From NCBI GenBank assembly GCA_002189035.1, contig NEEC01000004.1, positions 1,178,001 to 1,242,000 of the forward strand: 64,000 bases of DNA. The letters are read 5' to 3'. Source of the DNA: Utricularia gibba (lineage: Eukaryota; Plantae; Magnoliophyta). This document shows, one piece after another, positions 1 to 12,061 of this stretch; position 1 is the stretch's first letter; each line of letters starts with the position of its first letter. A program made the translations under genes and the position numbers. The notes beneath the pieces are model-generated. The model was not told where the DNA came from. It did no database searches and saw only the letters and a list, made by a program, of their open reading frames with translations.

Positions 1-2588
1 CGGATCATTTACGTCGATGGAGGCATATTTTGTGATACATCTTGGTGGTAAGGCACAAGTGCCTGTCGTGACATTTACAGCTACAAGTCCTTCACTCACA
101 TCAATTCGGAGTCCATACTTCTTTAGAACTGCTTTGAGTGACTCTTTGCAAGTAGGCGCCATAAGTGCCATAGTTCAAGATTTCCGTTGGAGAGAAGTCA
201 CCTTGGTTTACGTTGATAATGAGTTTGGACAAGGAATCCTTCCTTTTTTGAGTGATGCTTTGGAACAAGTAGATGTCCGCATTCCTTACAGAAGTGGTAT
301 TCCTTCATCTGCAACTGATGATCAAATTGTTGCTGAGCTTTATAAGCTAATGGCTATGCAAACCCGAGTTTTTGTTGTTCACATGACGAAGGCTCTTGGC
401 TCTCGCTTCTTCTTGAAAGTTGAGCAACTTGGGATTATGAGCGAAGAATATGCATGGATTATAACTAATGCAATGGCGAATACACTAAATACACTGGATC
501 CGATTATCTTGGAGTCCATGGTAGGAGTCTTGGGAGTGAGGCCTTATGTACCGAAAACAACGAAGCTTAAGAAATTTCAAACACATTACAGAATACAGTT
601 GCAGCTCCATAATGGAACAACCAATCCTACAATTTTCGATCTATGGGCATATGACACTATAACTGCACTAGCCATGGCAGTTGAACAAGTTTCAGAAACT
701 ATCAGAAATCAAACATTCTTAATGGCAGATGTCTCAAATGATGCCATTGACCTTGAAAAGTTGAGGGTATCAAATATTGGCCTAGATCTTATTCAAGCTC
801 TATCAAACATAACATTTCAAGGACTGGCAGGGAGCTTTAAATTTATTGATCAACAACTTCAATCTCCACCACATGAAGTGATTAACATAGTTGGTTCAGG
901 AGCTAGAGTGGTAGGATATTGGACTGAAGAAGATGGAATTGTTGGAAAACTCAAATCAACTGTTAAATCATTCGCATTAAAGGGTAAGTTCAAGCCCATC
1001 ATATGGCCAGGTGATAGAACTTCTCCACCTAAAGGATGGGTGTCACCAGTAAATGAAAAGAAACTTCGGATCTTGGTACCCGTAAAAAATGGTTTTTCTG
1101 AATTTGTCGAGGTTAGTTGGAATCCAAATAACTCAACAAATATACAAGGATTTTGCATTGATATTTTTGATGCAGTTATGGGAGCAATGCCATATGGTGT
1201 ACCATATGAGTACATCCCTTTTGCCAAATCAAACAAGAGCTCGGCTGGTACGTATACTGATATGATCCATCAGATACATCTGAAGGTAAATATATTTTTG
1301 TGATCTTCTGAAAGAATTTTGTTTGTTGAATTGATTGTGATTGTTTTTTTTTTCCTAAAAAATGAACAGAATTATGATGCTTTGATCGGAGATGTCACAA
1401 TAGTAGCAAATCGATCAGAATATGTTGATTTCTCACTTCCCTTTACAGAATCTGGTGTTTCCATGCTTGTTCCATACGTAAACAACAATAACAAAGCATG
1501 GTTATTTTTAAAACCTCTAACATGGCAATTGTGGTTGACAAGTTTTTGGTCATTTGTAACTATTGCTATCGTGATATGGATCCTAGAGCATGGAGAGGAA
1601 GGAACCGAGTTCAACGGTACCCTTCATCACCAAATAGGAATGATATTATGGTATTCTTTCTCAACAATGGTCTTCTCTCAAAGTAAGTTATTCAAAGATA
1701 AGTTGTTGATATGCACTTTCCAGAAACATCATTTTCTTACTTGTTTTGGATGAACTGTTGCAGGGGAGAATATAAAAAACAATTTTGCTAGGATTATTAT
1801 GATCCTATGGTTCTTCCTTGTTCTCATTTTAACACAAAGTTATACTGCTAGTTTGGTTTCATTTTTAACAGTCAATCAACTCCAACCTTCTATCACAGAT
1901 ATCGAAACACTTATCCAATCCAATGCTTACATTGGTTATCAAAAAGGGTCATTTGTATCAGAATTTCTCTTGAATAAAAGTATTAGCCAATCAAGATTGT
2001 TAGTGTATAACAGCCCAGAGGAGCTCAATCAGTTGTTTGTGAATGGAAGTGGAAACGGAGGCATTGCAGCAGCTTTTGATGAAATCCCATACTTGAAAGC
2101 CTTCCTATCTCATTATTGTTCACAGTATACCATGGTTGGTCCCATATACCAAACAGGCGGCTTTGGCTTTGTGAGTAACAAAAAAAAAACAAACAAACAC
2201 ATCTTACCTTACTACACCATGCTATGGCTGACACTTCTCTGCACATTGCTCTTGGTTGTAGGTGTTTCCAATCGGGTCTCCATTGGTATCTGATGTTTCC
2301 AAAGCAGTATTGAATGTCACTCAGAGTGATATAATGTTTCAGCTGGAAAAAAAATGGTTGGGAGATTCAAGCTCATGTTCAAATACCCCATTTTCTCCTA
2401 GTGACAGCCTTGGTCTCGATAGCTTCTGGGGCCTTTTTGCGATCGTTGGATCGATCGCTGCATCCTTTGTCATTGTGTACATACTCATGTTCCTACATCA
2501 GCAACGGGACTTGCTCCATCTTCCAGGTATAACAATGTGGCGTATGCTAACAATTTTGCTGCAGAATTTCTTCAACAGGGGCCACTAG
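1..2588 (+). CDS. GLR: Glutamate receptor-like channel, clade 2 (GLR2.7/2.8-like), copy A; 5' end lies outside the window
   Basis: Exons <1..1285, 1370..1682, 1764..2170, 2262..2588 with GT-AG introns. ATD, S1 (GFCIDIFDAV, GDVTIVANRSEYVDFSLPFTESGVSM), M1, M2 (WYSFSTMVF), M3 (QSYTASLVS), S2 (AAAFDEIPY, GGFGFVFP) and M4 are all in frame. Confidence 0.95.
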
Positions 2589-2867
2589 AATTTTGAGCTC
2601 CAATGACTTGAATCTGACACAATGTTGATGGCGATGGACATTAAAGATGATGGCCATGATTTAAATGTTGTAGTAATACAAATAGAAGAAGTGGGGAAGG
2701 GGTGAATTAGAATTTTAGGTATTATCTCATTACTGTGTAAAAAAAGTGATTATTCATAATGTAAATTTTTTAATTTATTATGTGAGAAAGAATATACGAA
2801 TGATAACTTTTTTAAATGATGTGTTGAGAATTTAGAAGAGTGTCAATCTTATAGAAGATCATCCAGC

Positions 2868-3824
2868 ATGGTATTGTGGTATTCATTCTCAACAATGGTA
2901 TTTTGTCAAAGTAAGTTATGAATACAAGTGTAGGTATGTGATTTTGAATATTTGAGTTTTCTCTTGATTGTTTTTAATGCATTTTTGCAGGGGAGAACAT
3001 AAAAAACCCTTTTGCGAGAGTAGTTATGATCTTATGGTTCTTTCTTGTTCTTATTCTAATACAAAGTTACACAGCAAATTTGGCATCACTTTTAACTGTA
3101 CCACAACTACAACCTTCTATCACAGACATGACAACTCTTGTCCAAACTCATGCTTATGTGGGTTATCAAAAAGGATCATTTTTGTTGGAATTTCTCTTGA
3201 ACAACAATTTCAGCCCATCAAGATTGTTAACCTACACAAGCATGGAGGAGCTCAAAGAGTTGTTCATGAAGGGGAGTGGAAACGGAGGCATTGCTGCCGC
3301 TTTTGATGAAACTCCATACTTAAAACTCTTCTTGTCCCATCATTGTTCAAAATACACTTTAACCGGTCCTGTATACAAAACAGGAGGCTTTGGATTCGTA
3401 AGTAAAAAGACATAAAACTCATTACTTTCCTTTCTGCTCTGGATGTTACTTATGCGTGCATTATGCTTGGTTGTAGGTGTTTCCAACCGGGTCTCCATTG
3501 GTGTCCGACATTTCGAAGGCGGTACTCAATGTTACTGAGAGTGACGGCATGTTTCTGATAGAAAAAAAATCATTTGGAGATTCAAGGGAATGTCCAAATG
3601 CCGAATTATCTACCAATGATAGCCTTGGTCTGGAAAGCTTCTGGGCGCTTTTTACGATTGTGGGTGGATTCGCAGCATTCTTCGTTATCTTGTCCATGCT
3701 CATTTTCCTATATCAACAACGAGACTCACTCCGCCAACAGGGTTCATCAGTGTGGTGTAGAATAACAAAGTTGCTGCAGAGGTTCTTCGTCAAGAGCCAG
3801 CAGCAAGTAGCCCCAACTCCCTGA
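2868..3824 (+). CDS. GLR: 5'-truncated GLR paralog (M2 pore loop, M3, S2, M4, tail); possible 265-aa mini-GLR or pseudogene
   Basis: Exons 2868..2910, 2991..3397, 3477..3824 total 798 nt, open from ATG 2868 to TGA, with intact GT-AG sites and QSYTANLAS. Sequence upstream of 2868 matches the GLR 3' flank rather than GLR coding sequence. Confidence 0.75.
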
Positions 3825-6615
3825 ATCTACTTCATTGCCAACACACGGCCAACCCAGGTAGCAGAAACAGCATTCATTAGATGCAATGGACATTCAAAAT
3901 GATAATGATTCAAATGTAGACTTAACACAAGAAGGAGATCGTGCTAATGGGTGTAATGTTCACTTTGGCAATCCTACAAGTGTATCCGGTTGGCCTACAA
4001 AAGTTGTATCTTTGACAAAATTCATCATAGACACTCTAAACCCATATCCAGATCGGTTGGAATTAGAGAGGTGAAATTCGATTTGATCCATGAAGGAAGG
4101 AAAGTTTTCTTCGTATAAAAAAAAAATACAAGTTTTGAAATTTGAATCACACTCAAAATTATATCTTTTTTATGGGTTTTTACAGTTGGCAAATAAACCG
4201 CATCAAGCTCAACCAAATTCACGGTGTCGTGATATGATTCTCAAGAACAATAGATGAAGGGATAGAGAACAGAGAGAATGGAGAAGGCATGAGATAACAG
4301 AAAAGGGAAAACATTGGTTAATTTCATGCTACTGATGCTTCCATAAACAGATTGGATCAAATACACTCAAGCCCATGAGGCAAGAAGTACCTGTTGCATT
4401 GCTTCATCCTGGGGAAAATTGATGATCACATCCAACATGTTTTGAGTTTTGCATGTTACATCTAAGTTTTTCAAAATTACACTCCACATCCAAAACATTT
4501 TAATTCTGTATGTTCCAACTTCCACTTGTAGATCCCCTTTTTTTTGTCAATTTTCTCACCAAATGGTATATAATGTACACCTACGATGTTATGAATCAAG
4601 AGAACTCTCCACCACTACACCTACCAAAATTGGGGAAGTGCAAAGCGAGTAGGAAGCCCATGGGGACAGTCTTTGTAAATATATATTAGTGTTCGTTTGG
4701 TTCGTGGGTTAGAATCAGACTAAGTTTAATTTATTTGTGTATCTTTAAACCCAGACCCGTGGCAACAATGCTTACCTTGCCCAGAATTCCGAGCTTAGAA
4801 TTTCTGAAAGATGATTGTTGGAAGGACTGATTTTGATGAGAAAACCTAAAAAAAGGGGCATCAATGGAATAGAAAAGCGATGACATGAACAGATATAGAA
4901 TTAGGGTTTATAGGATTTGTTTGAATTAGGTCATCGGTTTGGCCATCCTAAATTAGTTTCTGACAAGTTTCTTAATATTAATACTTCTTTTAGGATTTGA
5001 ATTTATTTTTTTGAATTTATTATGATATTGATCCTCGATATTAAGCATAGTGTTTGGGTTATGTTGAAAACCACGTGTCAAGACACTTAGACAGATAATC
5101 GAGGTTGCATGAACCAGAAAATTTGTTCAAATTGAATAATTGTAATATATTAAAATAAAAAATTTCACATCCGGAAATGGAAAAATGAAATAATAAAATA
5201 TGTAATATATGATACATAATTTGTAATCAGTTGTATTTAATTTTTTTTAATATGATATGCTATGCTATCAGGCCATTTTCCTTACGGTACAATTTAGATG
5301 ACCAAAATGGATTTGGTATTGATTTCAATTTTTGAATAAAAAAATAAGAAGATATATTGATTAGACAACAAAAATTAGATCAATCGATGATCCAAATATT
5401 ACCTATAATAAAAAAAAAGTTTTAATAAAATCAAATATCAATTAAATTTGAAGGTGGACATTATAATAAACAATCAAATATTGAAAAATAAAAAGTAAAA
5501 TATTCAAATATAATATATAATATATTATTAATTATCAATTAGATCTATTTTTTTAACATAATCCATTTTTATGTACTTGAACTTCATGTATGTTCATTCA
5601 AACATCAAATCTTTAATTCAACACAATACAAAACAAAAACATAGGTTGAAGAAAGGATTTCTTCCTTGATAGCACGCGAACACAGACCCTTACAACACTT
5701 CTAATATACATACCTAAACGGTTACAAAAGGCACCATTGTTTTAGCGGAAACTGAAAGAACAACTCTTTCCTGACAGCTCACGCATAACCAGCTATGAAA
5801 CAGCACTAAGCCCAATAGGTTAAAACAATATATATGAAGCACCAAAAAAATCATATCTTATATGCAACATGAAGGGCCATCAAAACTCGGGGTCCATGGA
5901 TCAAACGTCACCTAACATGCATATACCAAAACCATGGTTTTGAAGATGAGGAAATATTTAGTGTTTTAAATGACCAAAAAAAACCATGAATTGCTTATAC
6001 GAATAGTTTGCGGTTTGATTGATTCAATAATTTAATTCAGTCAATATCATGAAAAATTTTAATTCGATATAATAAAACTACGATTTAAACGCTCCAAAAT
6101 ATGATTTAGTTACCAAGAAAAAACCCTCAACCCTAATTTCCCTTCAGTTAAATCGCAAAAATATAAACCACCAAACATCTTTATCTTTTCTTTTCTTTCT
6201 TTTTTTTTTTTGTTAACTGAATTGATGAATTGGAATATAATTCTGAATATTATAGTCAAAGGTACGACTTTACATCAAGTGATTCATGAATTATTTCATT
6301 ACTCAGAGGATTATTTAAACATTATGGACTAATAGTCCTCGTTTCACGCACTTGGGGCCAAATGATTAGATTAAAGAATATGTTTAAGGATGGATTGGGT
6401 TGTCCGTAGAAGGAACAAATGTGTTCTTCAAAAAAGAAAAAAAAAGACACCAATTCCATATTACACCGGACCGGACAGGTTCCGACACAAAGCTTTCTTA
6501 AATATCGAAGTAGAACTTAAATGCGTTCGTGTGTTTACAAATATTCAACCGTCAAAGTCAATTAGAAGAGTTATTTCTATGGCGACGCCCTGAGAGGTAG
6601 AGTTGTCCATGTGCA

Positions 6616-9600
6616 ATGCATTTCTTCTTCTTCTTCTGCAAAAAGACACGGATGGGAATGGCGGTGGATTACCACCTCCTGTCTTGGGTTCTCCTGTTTC
6701 TCGGGATGCAGCAGGAGAATGCGTTGGCGGCGGTGGTTCCGGTGAGGGTCGGGGTGGTGCTTGACATGAGCACGGAGGTTGTGAAGATGAGTTTGGCCTC
6801 CATGAATATCGCTTTAGAAGATTTCTATGCCGAGAATCCACAATACCAAACGAGGTTGGTTCTTACCACCAGGAACTCCGCCGGAGACGTCGTCCTTGCA
6901 GCTGCATCAGGTTAGTGCGTGTATCGATTTTCTTATCCTTTTGAACAGGGGCAGTAACCTGTTTGGCTTTGAGAGAGCATGGCCCGACTCTTTCTCTCGT
7001 ATTTGCACGTACTCCGTTGACTTTATCTTCTTATCAAACTTATTACAAATGGAATATTATCGTTGAACTCTCCAATTGACTTATGTTGATGGTGGGTTTA
7101 AGGGCTAAAGATCAGAAGCTTGAATATCATAAAACATTAGGGATGAAATCTTATCACCTCATGCTCAACTGTTCACTAGGAATTCATTTATAAGGCTTGA
7201 TTGAGTATTATCTACCATGCACAGTTGTGGACCTGCTTAAAAATGCTCAAGTTGAGGCGATCATCGGACCATTTACATCGATGGAGGCGTATTTTGTGAT
7301 ACATCTTGGTGGTAAAGCAAAAGTGCCTATCGTGACATTTACAGCTACAAGTCCTTCACTCACATCAATTCGGAGTCCATACTTCTTTAGAACTGCTTTG
7401 AGTGACTCTTCGCAAGTAGGCGCCATAAGTGCCATAGTTAAGGCTTTCAATTGGAGAGAAGTCACCTTGGTTTACGTTGATGATGAGTTTGGACAAGGAA
7501 TCCTTCCTTTTTTGAGTGATGCTTTGGAACAAGTAGACGTCCGCATTCCTTACAGAAGTGGGATTCCTTCATCTGCAACTAATGATCAAATTGTTGCTGA
7601 GCTTTATAAGCTAATGACTATGCAAACCCGAGTTTTTGTTGTTCACATGACGAAGGCTCTTGGCTCTCGCTTCTTCTTGAAAGTTGAGCAACTTGGAATG
7701 ATGAGTGAAGAATATGCATGGATTATAACTAATGCAATGGCGAATCCACTAAATACATTGAATCCGATTATCTCGGAGTCCATGGTAGGAGTCTTGGGAG
7801 TGAGGCCTTATGTACCGAAAACAATGAAGCTCAAGAAATTTCAAACACATTACAGAAGACAATTGCAGCTGCATAATGGAACGACGGAACTTAAAATTTT
7901 CGGTCTATGGGCATATGATACTATAACTGCACTAGCCATGGCAGTTGAGCAAGTTTCAGAATCTATCAGAACTGAAACATTCTTAATGCCAAATGTCTCA
8001 AATGATGCTACTGACCTTGAAAAGTTGGGGATATCAAATATTGGCTTGCATCTTACTCAAGCTCTATCAAACACAACATTTCAAGGGCTTGCAGGGAGCT
8101 TTAAATTTATTGATCAACAACTTCAATCTCCACCTCATGAGGTGATTAACATAGTTGGTCCAAGAGCTAGAGTGGTGGGATATTGGACCGAAGAGAATGG
8201 AATTGTTAGAAAATTCAAATCATCTGTTGAACCGTCTGCATTAAATGGTAAGTTCAAGTCCATTATATGGCCAGGTGATAGAACTTCTCCACCTAAAGGA
8301 TGGGTGTCACCAGTAAATGAAAAGAAACTTCGGGTTTTGGTACCAGTAAAAAATGGTTTCTCTGAATTTGTAGAGGTTAGTTGGAATCCAAATAACTCAA
8401 CAAATGCACGAGGATTTTGCATTGATATTTTTGATGCAGTTATAGGAGCAATGCCATATGGTATACCATATGAGTACATCCCGTTTGCCACATCAAACAA
8501 GAGCGTTGCTGGTACTTATAATGACATGATTCATCAAATATATCTCAAGGTAAATATATTTTTGTAATCTTATGAAAAATTTTGTTTGTTGAATTTATTA
8601 TGATTGTTTTTTTTTTCCTAAAAAATGAACAGAATTATGATGCTTTGATCGGGGATGTCACAATAGTAGCAAATCGATCAGAATTTGTTGATTTCTCACT
8701 TCCCTTTACAGAATCTGGTGTTTCCATGCTTGTTCCATACGTAAACAACAATAACAAAGCATGGTTATTTCTAAGACCTCTAACGTGGCAATTGTGGTTG
8801 ACAACTTTTTGGTCATTTGTAAATATTGCTATTGTGATATGGATCCTAGAGCATGGAGAGGAAGGAACCGAGTTCAACGGTACTCTTCATCACCAAATAG
8901 GAATGACATTATGGTATTCTTTCTCAACGATGGTCTTCTCTCAAAGTATGTTGATCAAAGATGAGTTGTTGATATGCACTTTCCAGGAACATCATTTTCT
9001 TACGTGTTTTGGATGAATTGTTGCAGGGGAGAATATAAAAAACAATTTTTCCAGGATTATTATGATCTTATGGTTCTTCCTTGTTCTCATTTTAACACAA
9101 AGTTATACTGCTAGTTTGGTTTCATTTTTAACAGTCAATCAACTCCAACCTTCTATCACAGACATAGAAACACTTCGTCAATCCAATGCTTACATTGGTT
9201 ATCAAAAAGGGTCATTTGTATTGGAATTTCTCTTGAAAAAAAACTTCAGTCAATCAAGATTATTAGTATATAACAGCCCAGAAGAACTCAATCAGTTGTT
9301 TGTCAATGGAAGTGGAAACAGAAGCATTGCAGCAGCTTTTGATGAAATCCCATACTTGAAAGCCTTCCTATCTCATTATTGTTCACAGTATACCATGGTT
9401 GGCCCCATATACAAAACAGGCGGCTTTGGCTTTGTGAGTAACAAAAACAAACAAACAAACACATCTTACCTTACTACACTCTGCTATGGCTGACACTTCT
9501 ATGGACATTGGTCTTGGTTGTAGGTGTTTCCAATCGGGTTTCCATTGTTATCTGACGTTTCAAAAGCAGTATTGAATGTCACTCAGAGTGATATAATGTT

Positions 9601-9867
9601 TCAGCTGGAAAAAAAATGGTTGGGAGATTCAAGCTCATGTTCAACTACCCCATTTTCTCCCAGCGACAGCCTTGGCCTCGGAAGCTTCTGGGTCTTTTTG
9701 CGATTGTTGGATCGATCGCTGCATCCTTTGTTATTGTGTACATACTCATGTTCCTTTATCAGCAACGGGAGTTGCTCCATCTTCCAGGTATAACAACGTG
9801 GCATATGCTTACAATTTTGCTGCAGAATTTCTTCAACAGGGGCCACCAGAACATCGAGCTCCAATGA
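6616..9867 (+). CDS. GLR: Glutamate receptor-like channel, clade 2, copy B (full length; one -1 frameshift in the last exon, probably an assembly error)
   Basis: Exons 6616 (or 6652/6658)..6910, 7225..8549, 8633..8945, 9027..9433, 9524..9867. Signal peptide followed by VPVRVGVVLD. Near-identical to copy A including introns. TGGGT at 9689-9693 versus TGGGGC in copy A. Confidence 0.93.
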
Positions 9868-10263
9868 CGAATCTGACACAAACAATGTCTATGACGATGG
9901 GAATTCAAAATGATGGCCATGATTTAAATATTGTAGTAATACAAATAGAAGAAGTGCGGAAGGGGTGTATTAGAATTTTAGGTATTATCTCATTACTGTA
10001 TAAAAAAAAATAGTTATCTATAATGTATATTTCTTAATTTATTATGTGATCAAAATTATACAAAAGATCACTTTTTTGAATCATGTATTGAGAATTTAGA
10101 AGAGTGTCAATCTTATAGAAGATCATCGAGCAACTGATGAAGTATTGGATTTGGTTATTACTTGAAAATTAGTGTATTATCATTGTATTTAAATCGATTA
10201 ATGAAATATAATGTTTTATTTGAATATTTTATTAGAGATAATAGGTGACAATTTTTCGTTGGT

Positions 10264-12061
10264 TTAGGGAACCCGACCCGTGTGGATGGATCTCTGGTTC
10301 TGTTTATCGTCTCTTTCATCGCCGTACCAGTGATCCTTCATCTTGGGGCCTGTTGGCCCGTGCTCCCCGAAGATTTCGTCTGGCAGCAAATCAATCAGTT
10401 TCTCTAGTTTTGACTTGAGGTGCTTCGGTATCAACTTCTCTAGAATTTCTATCTCCTTTCGCAGCTGGTACGTTCTTTTAGGACCCCATTCTCTTGAATA
10501 GTTCAGCCAAGGCGATGCGACTACTTCCTCCCCGGGCATAGATGATCGGCAGCCAGGATGGAGAATCGGGACCCAGTGTCTAACGCCATTTCGCTCTTCA
10601 CGGTGTCGTTCCGCAGTCCGATTTCGGCAGTTCCTTGCAAATTCGAGCCTTCTTTGGGATACGATGCGTGCCCATTTCGTGACGAATAGCCTATGAATTT
10701 GTTGGCTCGGTGGAATTCAAGTGAAGATGATTCAACCCATTCTCCGGCGTTATGTTGGGCAAAGTAGACTTTTTGGAGGATCCCATTGAAGTTGCTGATT
10801 CGTAAGGTTATATGTTCCCAATCCCCCACGTGTTCGCCGATTTTCCCGAGTGGGATTTCTTCAATCTTGCCCAGTTTGGCTGTTGCCGGGCCGTTGAAAG
10901 GGTAGAATATCCAGACTTGTATATCAGTAAATGTTGCTCCTAGCATTGGTTTTGAATGGAGATAAACTTCAGCAGTATTCAACTCTCCGCTTTTTACAAA
11001 CTCTTGGGCTGCTGTATCAGCTGGGAGATCCAGCCAATATGAACCGTCATTCGAACCATCCTGTGGGAGGTTTGAGCCGTTGGGCTCGATTGCAACGGGA
11101 TTTGATTCATTGCCTTTTTGGTATAGGAGAGCCCCATTGCTGAAATACCATTCTACTGAAGAAGGAAGATGCATCTCATCGGGATGGAAGTAGATGTACG
11201 GTGAGTACTCTTGAAACAATGCATTGACTTGTGCTAGATTAGGCATTGTAGGAGATAAGTTGAAATGTTTGTTCTTTAAGCAGGCCAGCGGTTGGTCGCA
11301 AGAGCTCTGTACAATGATGAATGTCCCCACGTTAAGCTGCTCTGCTTGAGAACCTCTATTCTTTGGTCTTGAAGCATACACCTTTAACCCCTCATCCCTT
11401 TCTTCATTACCTTCCCCCCAAATCCAAGAATCATTCTCTAGCTTGTCTGTAAAATCAGACCTTGCACATTTGATCTTGTCTAGAGGTGGTTTAGTTGGTG
11501 ATGTAGTTACTACGTAGCCAAGTGGCTCATATCCATCTGGTGGAATTGGCAGCCAAAGGTAGACGAACTCCTTGGTGGTTTTAGTCGTTGCTGCAACTCT
11601 AAAAACAAGGTTATAATCAATTGGCTGCTTAAGAATTTCTCCTGATTCATCACCTGCATCACTTTCCCCAACCAAAACCCAACCAAACAATGGTTTGTTG
11701 TTAGATTGAGCATAGCTGCCAAGCATAGAGAATCCTTCTGGGATGTGGGAAGGCTCAAAAAATGATGCCCCGAGATTCTCTGGACCCCCGTGATGAATTT
11801 CAGAAACTTTGTCGAAACTCCATATTTGTCTAACTTTTAGGCCTCCAAGATCAATGATTCCAGAGCTAAAGCCATTGCCTGCGGTTTCAGTTTCGAGAAT
11901 CAGTTCAGAGGATACCCAAATGAAGAGTAAGCAAGGATTAACATACAAGTACCATGTGGCCAATCGGGCAAGGGAGAAGGAAGCCTGAAAATAGTGTCAA
12001 TAGGCAGAGTTGTAACCCCTGCTGAGGGGAATGCACCATCATCATCATCAAAATTTCTCAT
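10264..12061 (-). CDS. Vps62/DUF946 domain protein
   Basis: Exon 1 12061..11953 (MRNFDDDDG...FRLPSPLPDWPH), intron 11952..11879, exon 2 GNGFSSGIIDLGGL...HVGDWEHITLRISNF...PWLNYSREWGPK...GPTGPKMK. One base is missing in the C4 run at 10530-10533. Confidence 0.9.

Noticed and set aside
4075-6400. Possible transposon remnants in the GLR intergenic region
   Set aside because: No terminal repeats, TSD or transposase/RT motifs seen; mostly low-complexity AT-rich DNA.
9690-9793. GLR copy B as a pseudogene lacking M4
   Set aside because: The single lesion is one missing G in a run, matching five other homopolymer shifts, so an assembly error is more likely.
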